From assembly GCA_964493085.1 (NCBI GenBank), contig CAZBLV010000006.1:1-57661 (forward strand): a stretch of DNA of 57,661 nt. The letters are read 5' to 3'. Shown piece by piece: positions 8,948-18,268 of the stretch (its first letter is position 1; the number at the start of each line of letters is the position of its first letter). The translations under genes and the position numbers were made by a program. Origin of the DNA: an uncultured Candidatus Saccharibacteria bacterium (GTDB taxonomy: Bacteria; Patescibacteriota; Minisyncoccia; Minisyncoccales; GWA2-38-27). A model generated the notes under the pieces. The model saw only the letters and a program-made list of their open reading frames with translations. It was not told where the DNA came from and searched no databases.

Positions 8948-9541
8948 ATGAAGCAGAGAAAATCTATAATAGAAAGAAAAACAAAGGAAACAGATGTTAA
9001 AGTAAACTTAAGCCTGGACGGCAAAGGGAAAAGCGACATTAAAACTTCTATTCCTTTTTTGGACCACCTCTTGGATAATTTCAGCCGCCATGGCCTTTTT
9101 GATTTAGAGATTAAAGCCAAAGGAGATCTTGAAATAGATCAGCATCATACAGTAGAAGACATAGGCATCTGCCTGGGAGAGGCCTTTAAAAAAGCGCTTG
9201 GAGACAAAAGGGGGATTAACAGGGCCGGCTATTTTGTCTTTCCGCTTGACGAGTCCCTGGCCGTAGTTTCTCTGGACGTTTCCGGCCGCAGCTATTTGAA
9301 TTTTGACTGCAAGTTTAAAAGAAGCAAAATCGGAGACTTGGACTCTGATTTAGTTAAAGAGTTCTTTTGGGGATTTGTGCGCCATTTAAAAGCCACTTTG
9401 CATATTAAAGCCCTTTACGGGGAAAACGACCATCACAAGGCAGAAGCTATTTTTAAATCGTTCGGCAAAGCCATGAAAACAGCCTGCTCCAGAGACAAAA
9501 GGATCGGCAAAGATCTTCCCAGCACCAAAGGCATAATCTGA
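8948..9541 (+). CDS. hisB: Imidazoleglycerol-phosphate dehydratase
   Basis: ERKTKET, FLDHLL, IDQHHTVED, NDHHKAEAIFK, PSTKG. Confidence 0.97.
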   Translation: MKQRKSIIERKTKETDVKVNLSLDGKGKSDIKTSIPFLDHLLDNFSRHGLFDLEIKAKGDLEIDQHHTVEDIGICLGEAFKKALGDKRGINRAGYFVFPLDESLAVVSLDVSGRSYLNFDCKFKRSKIGDLDSDLVKEFFWGFVRHLKATLHIKALYGENDHHKAEAIFKSFGKAMKTACSRDKRIGKDLPSTKGII

Positions 9542-9546
9542 AACAA

Positions 9547-10338
9547 ATGATAAATCCAAAAAAGAGACTCCAAATAAAAAAAGCCGGACCCTTTTTCTTT
9601 GATAAAGGCAGCAAAACAGGGGTTCTTTTGCTTCACGGATTTACCAGCACCCCTTATCAGTTCCGGGAACTGGGGAAATATCTGGCAGAAAGAGGCCTTA
9701 CCGTTTACGCCCCTCTGGTGGCGGGCCACGGTACTTGTCCGGAGGATTTGAAGAACACCTGTGCTGAAGACTGGAAAAAATCCGTAGAAGAAGCTTATCG
9801 TTTTCTAAAAAGCAAAACAGAAAACATAGTTATAATAGGAAACTCTTTTGGAGGCAACCTTGCCTTTTATTTAGCCAGAAAAACAAACAATGATCCCAAA
9901 GCGATTATATCTTTGAGCGCTCCCATAAAATTAACATTCGGCTGGTTTATCAAATTAAGGCTTTATCTTTACGGCTGGATGAAAGAATACTATAGAAAGG
10001 CGACCAAAATATATCAAATCGACTATACCGACATGATAGACGAGGTTACTTATCCTTTAATTCCCATAAAAAGCCTAAGAGATTTCTTAAGCTTTGTCAA
10101 AGAAGAAACTATTCCCAATTTAAAAGAAGTGAAGGCTCCTATTTTGATTGTTTACGCCAGCAATGATCTTGTGGTAAGCCCCAAAAGCGCCCGCTTTATT
10201 TACGAAAACGTGAGATCTCTTAATAAAGAGATTTTCGAGCTTAAAACCAACCACCATGTAATATTGACTGACAAGAAAAAAGAGGAACTTTTTAAAAAAA
10301 CATATGACCTTATTAAAAAAGCGGCAAGTGCAGCTTAA
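9547..10338 (+). CDS. Alpha/beta-hydrolase carboxylesterase (monoacylglycerol lipase/lysophospholipase-like)
   Basis: LLHGFTSTP oxyanion motif, GNSFGG nucleophile elbow, catalytic Asp in NDLVV and His in NHHVI. Confidence 0.9.
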   Translation: MINPKKRLQIKKAGPFFFDKGSKTGVLLLHGFTSTPYQFRELGKYLAERGLTVYAPLVAGHGTCPEDLKNTCAEDWKKSVEEAYRFLKSKTENIVIIGNSFGGNLAFYLARKTNNDPKAIISLSAPIKLTFGWFIKLRLYLYGWMKEYYRKATKIYQIDYTDMIDEVTYPLIPIKSLRDFLSFVKEETIPNLKEVKAPILIVYASNDLVVSPKSARFIYENVRSLNKEIFELKTNHHVILTDKKKEELFKKTYDLIKKAASAA

Positions 10339-12091
10339 GGGAGAGTCTATTTTCATAAGAAAAACCCTACCTCAAATATTCTTTGAAACGGCATCAAGGC
10401 TTCCCAACAAAGAGGGCTTTTTTTACAAAGAGGGAGGTATTTACTATTCTCTAACCTTTAGGGAGGCGGAAGAAGAAGTAAAAAGCTTTGCTAAGGGAGT
10501 TCAGTTTCTTGGAATAAAAAAAGGGGATAAGATAGCTATTCTGTCAGAAAACAGGCCGGAGTGGGTTTTTACGGACTTAGGAACAATGCTGGCAGGAGGA
10601 GCGCTGGTTCCTCTGCACACAACCTTAAACCACAACGCAATAGCCAACCTTATCAATCATTCCGAGTCAAAATTGCTTGTTGTTTCCGGCAAGGAATTAT
10701 TGAATAAAATTCTTTTGGTTCAAGACCGGATTCCAGATTTAGAAAAGATCATTTATCTCGGCAGAACAGAAAACATTGACAAAAGAGAGCTCCAAAAAGA
10801 GATTATAGGGTGGAAGGAGTTTATCGAAGAATCAAAAGAAAAAGAGTTAAAAGAAGTTGAGACAAGTCCGGAAGAGGTTTGCACTATCATATATACTTCA
10901 GGGACCATGGGAGCGCCTAAGGGGGTGATGCTTTCCCATAATAACTTTCTGTCAAACGCCAGGGCCGTCACAGAAGTTGTCCCGATAACAGAAAAAGACA
11001 CCTTTTTGTCTTTTCTTCCCCTTTCTCATGTATTAGAGAGGCTGGCAGGATACTACGCCCCCCTGATGTTCGGGGCCACTATTGCCTACGCAGAAAGCAT
11101 CAATACTTTAGCTGAAAACCTCAAAGAGACCAAGCCCACTATTTTAATTTCCGTGCCCCGTGTTTTCGAGAAGTTCTACGACAAGGTTTGGGACAAAATA
11201 GAAGACTCTTCCAAGCTAAAAAGAGGAATGTTTTTGTGGGCATTAAAACAGAACGGCAAGGGGGTAAAGCCCGTTATCGCAGACAGGCTGGTCTTTAAGA
11301 AGATAAGAAAGAAAATGGGAGGCAACTTGAGGTTTGCCGTTTCCGGGGGAGCTTCTCTCAATAAAAGGATAGCCAAGTTTTTCCAGAAAGAAGTAGGCAT
11401 TAAGATCCTTGAAGGATACGGCCTTACAGAAACCTCTCCGGTAATTGCCGTTAATGGGCTAGAGGACATAAGGTTAGGCACAGTAGGAAGATCCCTTCCG
11501 GGAGTAGAAGTTAAGATATCTCCAGAAAAAGAGATTTTAGTAAAGGGCCCCAATGTCATGATGGGGTATTTTAAAAACCAAGAACTTACCCAAAGAGCTA
11601 TAGATTCTGAGGGGTGGTTCCACACAGAAGACCTCGGTTTTATTGACAAAGAGGGCTATCTCACTGTTACAGGAAGAAAAAAAGAATTGATTGTGACTTC
11701 GGGCGGCAAGAATGTATGGCCCGAAGAAGTAGAAAAAGAGCTAAACCACGACCCTTTTATATCCCAGTCCATGGCGCTGGGGCATAAGCAGAAGTTTATC
11801 TCAGCCCTTATTATTCCTGACTGGGAGGAGGTTAAAAAACACCTTTTGTCTCACAACTTGGCAGTTCATGACCCCGATGAGATGATTTTTCAAGAAGAAA
11901 TAATTCAATTGTTTAAAGAGCGCGTTAAAGAGGTTAACGATCATCTTTCTCATCATGAGCAAGTAAAGGATTTCAGGCTGGTAAGCAAAGAATTCAGCCA
12001 GGAAAAAGAAGAACTGACTCCTACTTTGAAACTAAGAAGGCATGTTGTCGAAGAACACCACAAGAAAGAGATAAAGAGCATTTATTCTTAG
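10304..12091 (+). CDS. fadD: Long-chain fatty acid-CoA ligase (AMP-dependent synthetase)
   Basis: IIYTSGTMGAPKGVMLSH, EGYGLTETSP, GRKKELIVTSGGKNV, ELTPTLKLRR. Start uncertain: ATG 10304 overlaps the esterase, GTG 10328 is possible. Confidence 0.93.
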   Translation: MTLLKKRQVQLKGESIFIRKTLPQIFFETASRLPNKEGFFYKEGGIYYSLTFREAEEEVKSFAKGVQFLGIKKGDKIAILSENRPEWVFTDLGTMLAGGALVPLHTTLNHNAIANLINHSESKLLVVSGKELLNKILLVQDRIPDLEKIIYLGRTENIDKRELQKEIIGWKEFIEESKEKELKEVETSPEEVCTIIYTSGTMGAPKGVMLSHNNFLSNARAVTEVVPITEKDTFLSFLPLSHVLERLAGYYAPLMFGATIAYAESINTLAENLKETKPTILISVPRVFEKFYDKVWDKIEDSSKLKRGMFLWALKQNGKGVKPVIADRLVFKKIRKKMGGNLRFAVSGGASLNKRIAKFFQKEVGIKILEGYGLTETSPVIAVNGLEDIRLGTVGRSLPGVEVKISPEKEILVKGPNVMMGYFKNQELTQRAIDSEGWFHTEDLGFIDKEGYLTVTGRKKELIVTSGGKNVWPEEVEKELNHDPFISQSMALGHKQKFISALIIPDWEEVKKHLLSHNLAVHDPDEMIFQEEIIQLFKERVKEVNDHLSHHEQVKDFRLVSKEFSQEKEELTPTLKLRRHVVEEHHKKEIKSIYS

Positions 12092-12101
12092 CATCAAAGA
12101 A

Positions 12102-13229
12102 ATGGAGCCTCTCGCTTCTAAAATTAGACCGAAAAACTTGAAAGAGTTTGTCGGCCAAAAACACTTAGTGGGCAAGGACAAGCCCCTTAACGTTGCTATT
12201 AAGAAAAAGCACTTGTTTTCTTTTCTTCTGTGGGGTCCTCCGGGATCCGGGAAAACCACTTTGGCTCAAATATATGCCAAAAGCCTTAGGGCTTTCCTTT
12301 ATGAACTGTCTGCCGTTTCAGCCGGGAAAAAAGACATCAAGGAAATACTGAAAGAAGATTCTCAAGGAGTTCCCAAAATACTGTTTTTAGATGAAATCCA
12401 TCGTTTTAACAAATCCCAGCAGGACTTTCTTCTTCCTTATGTTGAGAAAGGAGATATAACCCTTATCGGGGCGACAACGGAAAATCCCAGCTTCGAAGTA
12501 ATTCCTCCCCTGCTTTCCAGGTGCAGAGTTTTTGTTTTAAACGAGCTTTCTTCCAAAGAGATGAGAGCTATTATCAGGAGAACCGGATTCGAGCTTGATA
12601 AGGATTCCGAGGATTGGCTGATTAACATGGCCAACGGAGATGCCAGGCAGGCAATAACAATGCTGGAAAACACGGCCCGGCTTTACAAAAAAATCACAAT
12701 AAATAACTTAAAAAACACTCTTCAGTCAAAGTTTTTAAGATACGACAAAGCCGGAGAAGAGCACTACAACATTATCTCAGCCTTTATTAAAAGCATGAGA
12801 GCCAGCCAGGCCGATGCTGCTCTTTACTATCTGGCAAGAATGGTCGAATCCGGGGAGGATCCGAAGTTTATAGCGCGGAGAATGGTTATCTTTGCTTCAG
12901 AGGACATAGGCATGGCCCAACCCACAGCTTTGGTGGTTGCCAGCGAAGTCTTCAGGGCAGTAGAAACCGTGGGGCTGCCCGAGTGCGCCATTAATCTTGC
13001 TCACGGGACTGTTTATTTATGCCAGTGCAAGAAAGACAGGAGCTCTTACAACGCCTATTTTAAGGCCTTAAAAGATGCAAAAAAATACGGGAATCTTCCC
13101 GTGCCCTTGCATCTGCGCAATCCGGAAACAAAGCTTATGAGGGATCTGGATTATGGAAAGGGGTATAAGAAGTACTCTAAAAAGTCTTTTTTGCCGGAAA
13201 AACTAAAAGGAAAAAAGTATTTAGGATAA
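12102..13229 (+). CDS. rarA: Replication-associated recombination protein A (MgsA/RarA AAA+ ATPase)
   Basis: PLASKIRP, GPPGSGKTT, LDEIHRFNKSQQD, GATTENPSF, ISAFIKSMR, ASEDIG. Confidence 0.96.
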   Translation: MEPLASKIRPKNLKEFVGQKHLVGKDKPLNVAIKKKHLFSFLLWGPPGSGKTTLAQIYAKSLRAFLYELSAVSAGKKDIKEILKEDSQGVPKILFLDEIHRFNKSQQDFLLPYVEKGDITLIGATTENPSFEVIPPLLSRCRVFVLNELSSKEMRAIIRRTGFELDKDSEDWLINMANGDARQAITMLENTARLYKKITINNLKNTLQSKFLRYDKAGEEHYNIISAFIKSMRASQADAALYYLARMVESGEDPKFIARRMVIFASEDIGMAQPTALVVASEVFRAVETVGLPECAINLAHGTVYLCQCKKDRSSYNAYFKALKDAKKYGNLPVPLHLRNPETKLMRDLDYGKGYKKYSKKSFLPEKLKGKKYLG

Positions 13230-13253
13230 AAAAAACAGAGGCCTTGCCTCTAA

Positions 13254-13679
13254 TTAGTTTAATCCTAGCTCCTGGGCTACTTTGGGGTTAAGTTCTGTGG
13301 TAATTAGTTCTTTGATTTCTTCCGGGTTCACCCATTTTATCTCTGCTATCTTCTGGGTCTCTTTCGGTTCGGCAATGGGCTTTGAAGATTCTGTCTCGCA
13401 GAGATGGTAGGCTATCATTACCGGGAATTGAGAATGCTCCAGCACAAGGTCTATCTGGCGGCTTACTTTTATCTTGTATCCTGTTTCGCTTAACACGGTT
13501 CTTTCAACGCATTCTCCCCTTTCTTCTCCTGTGCACTGGGCGCCGCCGGGAAAAGACCATTTCAGGATTGCCTCGTTCTTTCCTTTTTCCGGATTTTTTC
13601 TCTTTATCATTAAAACCTGCCCTTTTTGGTTTAGAACTATCCCCAGGTTTATAAAATCTTTGTGTTCTTTTGCTGCCAT
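13254..13679 (-). CDS. NUDIX-family hydrolase with degenerate box
   Basis: WSFPGG...EERGECVERTVLSETG; IAEIKWV. Confidence 0.85.
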   Translation of the reverse strand: MAAKEHKDFINLGIVLNQKGQVLMIKRKNPEKGKNEAILKWSFPGGAQCTGEERGECVERTVLSETGYKIKVSRQIDLVLEHSQFPVMIAYHLCETESSKPIAEPKETQKIAEIKWVNPEEIKELITTELNPKVAQELGLN

Positions 13680-13790
13680 GCTTAGCTTAATCTAATATAA
13701 TAGCACATTCTTTATAGAAAAAACAAGCTTTTTAAGAATTTACGGCATTTTCTATTTTTCAAAACAAGAGAAAGTGGTAAGATAAAGAAA

Positions 13791-14408
13791 ATGGGATACT
13801 GGATAATTAAACTATTATTTGGACCGGTTATAAAATTAATTTGGGTTAGAAAAACAGAAGGACTGGAAAATCTCCCCAGAAGAGGAGCTTGCATAGTAGC
13901 GGCAAATCATTCAAGCTATTTTGATTTTATCTCCTTAGTGGCGGTCTTGCCCAGAAGAATTTGCTTTTTAGCAGCGGAAAAGTTTTACAAAAGTACTTTT
14001 TGGAGGCCTATAATGAGGCTAACAGGCCAGATTAAGGTGGAAAGAAGCGACAAAGACAAAACAGAAGTTTATCGCAAAGCAAGAGAAGCATTAAAAAAAG
14101 GGAGAGTAATAGGCATTTTTCCGGAGGGGACTAGATCTCCTTCCGGGGAAATTCAGAAAACGTATACCGGAGTGGCAAAATTCGCCCTGGAGAACAAAGT
14201 TCCCGTAATCCCCATAGGGATAAAAGGAACCTTCGAAATTATGTCTAGATATGACAAGTCTCCCAAACTTAAAAAAGAAATAGAGATAAATATAGGAAGG
14301 CCTCTTTTTTTCGAAGAATACCATAACAAAGAAAAGAACGAGGATGTTTACAGGCAGGTTACAGATATAGTAATGGGAGAAATAATGAAGCTTAGTGGGA
14401 AACAATGA
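13791..14408 (+). CDS. plsC: 1-acyl-sn-glycerol-3-phosphate acyltransferase
   Basis: NHSSYFD (HX4D), FPEGTRS, VPVIPIGI. Confidence 0.92.
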   Translation: MGYWIIKLLFGPVIKLIWVRKTEGLENLPRRGACIVAANHSSYFDFISLVAVLPRRICFLAAEKFYKSTFWRPIMRLTGQIKVERSDKDKTEVYRKAREALKKGRVIGIFPEGTRSPSGEIQKTYTGVAKFALENKVPVIPIGIKGTFEIMSRYDKSPKLKKEIEINIGRPLFFEEYHNKEKNEDVYRQVTDIVMGEIMKLSGKQ

Positions 14409-14411
14409 CTA

Positions 14412-15089
14412 ATGAAAAAAATTATTATTTTTGATCTAGATGGGACCCTTATTCGGGGTCAATCTCAGAAATTACTAGTTAAGTATGCCTACAGAAGGGG
14501 ATTAATTAATTTTTCGACGCTTTTTAAAATATTTTTATGGTTTTCTTTATATAAAATAGGGATCAAAAAAGATCCTCGGAAAATAATGGAATTTGGATAT
14601 TCTTTTTTAGCAAATAAGAGAATAGGTTACTTTGAAAAATTTTTTGATGATTTTTTCAAAAACGAATTAAGAAATTATATTTACAAAGAAGCCGTAGAAA
14701 TAATAAATGGGTACAAAGAAGAGAGCGTGGAAATGGTGATTGTTTCTAATAGCATAAAAGAGATTCTATCTCGAGTTGCAAGATTCTTTGCGATAGATAA
14801 CTATTTCGGCACTGAACTGGAAAAAAGGCATGGAAGATTTACTGGGAGAATAAAGAATGGCATAATTTATGGAAAGAACAAGTTAGAGTTGTTAGACGGA
14901 TTTATTGTGAATGAAGGCTTAAGTTTCAAAAATAGCATAGTGCTTTCAGACCATCATTCAGATAGATTTCTTTTAGAAAAGTCTTCTTGTCCAATTGCGG
15001 TTAATCCTACCTTAAAATTGAGAAAAATAGCTCAAAAATACAACTGGAAGATTCTAACATTTAAAGAAACCATTAAAAATGAATTTTAG
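14412..15089 (+). CDS. HAD-IB family hydrolase (SerB-like)
   Basis: FDLDGTL, VSNS, GRFTG, YGKNK, SDHHSD, AVNP. Confidence 0.88.
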   Translation: MKKIIIFDLDGTLIRGQSQKLLVKYAYRRGLINFSTLFKIFLWFSLYKIGIKKDPRKIMEFGYSFLANKRIGYFEKFFDDFFKNELRNYIYKEAVEIINGYKEESVEMVIVSNSIKEILSRVARFFAIDNYFGTELEKRHGRFTGRIKNGIIYGKNKLELLDGFIVNEGLSFKNSIVLSDHHSDRFLLEKSSCPIAVNPTLKLRKIAQKYNWKILTFKETIKNEF

Positions 15090-16692
15090 TTATTTTCAAA
15101 TATCCACTCTCATTACCGCTTTTGTAGGATTTTTCTTTGGGGTTTTGGTCTATTCAAGAGAGAAAAAATCAAAGACAAATTTATTTTGGCTTTTGACCTC
15201 AATCGCAATTAGTGCTTGGAGTATAGGCCTTTTTGGAGTAGTTTTCTCAGAAAAAAAAGAAAGCGCTTGGTTTTGGCAATACGTTTTAGATATCGGGGGA
15301 ATAGCGACTCCTATTCTATATTTTAATTTTGTTTTGTTCCTTATAAAAAAGAAGGCCTATAAGACAAGAGCTTTTTCTTTCTTAATAGGAGTGATTCTTG
15401 TTATTTTAAACTTTACAGATCTTTTTAAAAAAGGAGTTTCTTCTAAGTTCGGGCTAAATTATTGGATAGATCCCGGGCCGCTTTATTTTTTATTTCCTGC
15501 TTTTTTTATATTTTTTGTCATATCGACTACTTTCTATATTATAAAGAAGCATAAAAGAACTTCAGAGAAAATAGTAAAAAAACAGTTAGAATATTTATTA
15601 TTTGCGCAACTTTTTGGTTTTGGCGGAGGTTTCACCAATTTTTTCCCGCAACTCTTTAACGTATATCCTTTCGGGAACTATCTTGTTATTTTGTACGTTG
15701 TTTTTATAAGTTATGCTGCGGCGAAACACCACCTTTTCAACATAAGAGTTATAGTTACAGAATTATTAACTTTTGCTTTAATAGTTTTCCTTTTGGTTAA
15801 AACTGCTTTTTCTGAAACATATCAAGAGCTTATTATCAATGGTGGAATACTAGTAGGAGTCTTAATAGTCGGAGGGTTATTGGTTCGGAGCGTTTTAAGA
15901 GAAGTAAAACAAAGAGAAAAGGTAGAGCAAATGGCAAAAGCATTGCAGGAGGCTTACGAGGTAGAGAAGAAAGCCCACAAAGAGCTAGAAGGCCTAAGCG
16001 AAGCCAAAAACCAGTTTATTATGGCCACTCAACACCATTTAAGAACTCCTCTTACTTCAATGATAGGATATATTGACTTAATACTCTCTGGAACCTATGG
16101 AAAGGTTTCTCCTAAAATGAAGACAGCAATACTTAAATTGCAGACATCTACTAAAAGATTAATCAGGATAGTTAATGAAATATTGGATATTTCTCAGTTT
16201 CAGCTTGGCAAGCAGGTAGTAGACCTTCAGCCCGGTATTGATATGGAGGCAATAATAGACGAGATAGTGGAAGAATTGTCTTTTGAAGCGAAGTCCAAAG
16301 ACATTTATCTAAAGCTTAGAAAGCCAAAGAGGGGCCTTCCTAAAGTAAGGGCGGATGAAGAAAAGATTAAAGTTGCCCTTTTTAACCTAGTAGACAACGC
16401 CGTCAAATACACAACAGAAGGAGGCGTTACTTTGGAAATAAAGACAATAGACCATAGTCTAAGGGTCGTCACAAAAGACACTGGCATAGGAATAGCAGAA
16501 GAGAACCTCCCCAATCTTTTTGAGAAAATCTTTGAAAGAGGAGAAAAAGCTAAAGAAGTTTTCGCCACAGGCAAGGGCATAGGCCTCTTCATCTCAAGCA
16601 GAATAATTAAAGCCCACAACGGCAAAGTCTGGGCAGAATCAGAGGGTAAGGGAAAGGGAAGCACTTTCTTTGTAGAGCTGCCGATAAAATAA
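15079..16692 (+). CDS. Sensor histidine kinase with multi-TM (HisKA_7TM-like) input domain
   Basis: About 8-9 hydrophobic segments; H-box TQHHLRTPLT, N-box NLVDNAVKYT, DTGIGI, GKGIGL, GKGSTF. Confidence 0.92.
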   Translation: MNFSYFQISTLITAFVGFFFGVLVYSREKKSKTNLFWLLTSIAISAWSIGLFGVVFSEKKESAWFWQYVLDIGGIATPILYFNFVLFLIKKKAYKTRAFSFLIGVILVILNFTDLFKKGVSSKFGLNYWIDPGPLYFLFPAFFIFFVISTTFYIIKKHKRTSEKIVKKQLEYLLFAQLFGFGGGFTNFFPQLFNVYPFGNYLVILYVVFISYAAAKHHLFNIRVIVTELLTFALIVFLLVKTAFSETYQELIINGGILVGVLIVGGLLVRSVLREVKQREKVEQMAKALQEAYEVEKKAHKELEGLSEAKNQFIMATQHHLRTPLTSMIGYIDLILSGTYGKVSPKMKTAILKLQTSTKRLIRIVNEILDISQFQLGKQVVDLQPGIDMEAIIDEIVEELSFEAKSKDIYLKLRKPKRGLPKVRADEEKIKVALFNLVDNAVKYTTEGGVTLEIKTIDHSLRVVTKDTGIGIAEENLPNLFEKIFERGEKAKEVFATGKGIGLFISSRIIKAHNGKVWAESEGKGKGSTFFVELPIK

Positions 16693-16694
16693 TT

Positions 16695-17768
16695 ATGAAA
16701 AAGGAATTCCTAAAAGACTTAAAAGAATATACTCCCGGCAAGTCAGTGGAAGAAGTGGCGGAAGAATTAGGTTTGGATCCTGAAAAAGTAATTAAACTAG
16801 CCTCAAACGAGAATCCTTTAGGCCCCAGCCCTAAGGCAGAAAAAGCAGTCCTGGACAATATTGAAGACCTTGCTATTTTTCCAGACCCCTTGAGCATCAG
16901 AGAGTTAAAAGAAACAATCTCTAAGGAACTAGAAGTTCCTCAAAAGAATGTTGTTTTGTCTTCCGGGAGCGATGGAGTCTTTGACGTGCTTTCTAAGATA
17001 TTAATAGACAAGGGGCAGGAAGCCATTATTCCCTTGCCCACCTTTAGTATGTATGAGTTTGTAACCCGGGTGGCAGGAGGAAACCCTGTTTTTGTGAAAA
17101 GAGACAAAAACTTTAATTTGCCGTCCGAAGAGATAATATCCAGAGATAGCCAAAACACAAAACTTATTTTCATCTGCTCCCCCAACAACCCTACGGGAAA
17201 CCTTGAAAAAAAAGAAGATATAGAAAGAATATTAAAGGAAGTAGACAGCTATGTTCTAGTGGACGAAGCCTACATTGAATATGCAAAATCCGGTTCTTCC
17301 TGCTTAGACCTGTTTGGAAAATACAGCAATTTGATTATTACCCGCACTTTTTCCAAAGTTTACGGTTTAGCTAACTTGAGGTTGGGATTTGGAATTCTTC
17401 CCGACGAACTTGTTGCAGATTTCAACAAGGCAAACCTGCCCTTTTTCACCAGCTCTTTGGCAGTAAAAGCGGGAAAAGAAGCAATGGAAGACCAAGAGTA
17501 TACTAAAAAAGTGATTGAAACAAACAAACAGCAAAGAGAATATCTGACAAAAAACATTAAATTCAAGGTTTATCCTTCAGAAAGCAATTTTGTTTTAACA
17601 GACGTCAGCCCCAACAAGGCAGAAGAGGTAGTTTCTAAAATGAAGAATAAAGGGATTATTCTTAGAGACTGCTCTTCTTTCGGAGAAGGCATGGAAAGTT
17701 TCGTAAGAATCAGCGTGGGCTCCCCTGAACAGAACAAGAAACTGGTTGAAGAAATAAACAGGATTTGA
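16695..17768 (+). CDS. hisC: Histidinol-phosphate aminotransferase
   Basis: YTPGK, KLASNENPLG, CSPNNPTG, VDEAYIEY, RTFSKVYGLANLRLG (PLP lysine), VRISVG. Confidence 0.93.
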   Translation: MKKEFLKDLKEYTPGKSVEEVAEELGLDPEKVIKLASNENPLGPSPKAEKAVLDNIEDLAIFPDPLSIRELKETISKELEVPQKNVVLSSGSDGVFDVLSKILIDKGQEAIIPLPTFSMYEFVTRVAGGNPVFVKRDKNFNLPSEEIISRDSQNTKLIFICSPNNPTGNLEKKEDIERILKEVDSYVLVDEAYIEYAKSGSSCLDLFGKYSNLIITRTFSKVYGLANLRLGFGILPDELVADFNKANLPFFTSSLAVKAGKEAMEDQEYTKKVIETNKQQREYLTKNIKFKVYPSESNFVLTDVSPNKAEEVVSKMKNKGIILRDCSSFGEGMESFVRISVGSPEQNKKLVEEINRI

Positions 17769-17804
17769 TTTTTCTGTTTTAAAAGATATAATAGAACTAG
17801 ATTT

Positions 17805-18188
17805 ATGAATAAGAAAATATTTCTCATAGAAGACGAGCCTACAATTATAGACATATACCAGACTGCCCTAGGAGCAGAAGGCTTTAAGGTAGAATCTTGC
17901 AAGCTGGGAGAAGAAGCCTTGGGAAAGCTTAGAGGACTAGAAGAAAAAGATCTTCCGGATTTGCTGCTTTTAGACTTAGTTTTGCCAGACATTAACGGCA
18001 TAGAGGTTTTAAAGAAAATGAGAGAGGATGAAAAATTGAAAGATATCCCTGTTTTCATACTCACCAATTACACCAGCGATGAGATTAAAAAACAGGGCTA
18101 TAACTTGGAGGCCGAACAGTATATTACTAAAGCGGACTTTACTCCCAAGCAGATAGTGGAAAAAGTCAAGAAGAGATTAAAGGCTTGA
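17805..18188 (+). CDS. Single-domain response regulator (receiver)
   Basis: IEDE, LLLDLVLPDING, ILTN, YITK. Confidence 0.92.
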   Translation: MNKKIFLIEDEPTIIDIYQTALGAEGFKVESCKLGEEALGKLRGLEEKDLPDLLLLDLVLPDINGIEVLKKMREDEKLKDIPVFILTNYTSDEIKKQGYNLEAEQYITKADFTPKQIVEKVKKRLKA

Positions 18189-18212
18189 CAACCTCTCCTT
18201 TTTTGTTAAATT
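18185..18212 (+). promoter_or_regulatory. Sigma70-type promoter for nusA
   Basis: TTGACA-N16-TAAATT with TG extension. Confidence 0.6.
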
Positions 18213-18268
18213 AAACACAGCGATGAAAGTAATTGTCCGTTGGGAAACGGACATTTTTAATAAAAAAT

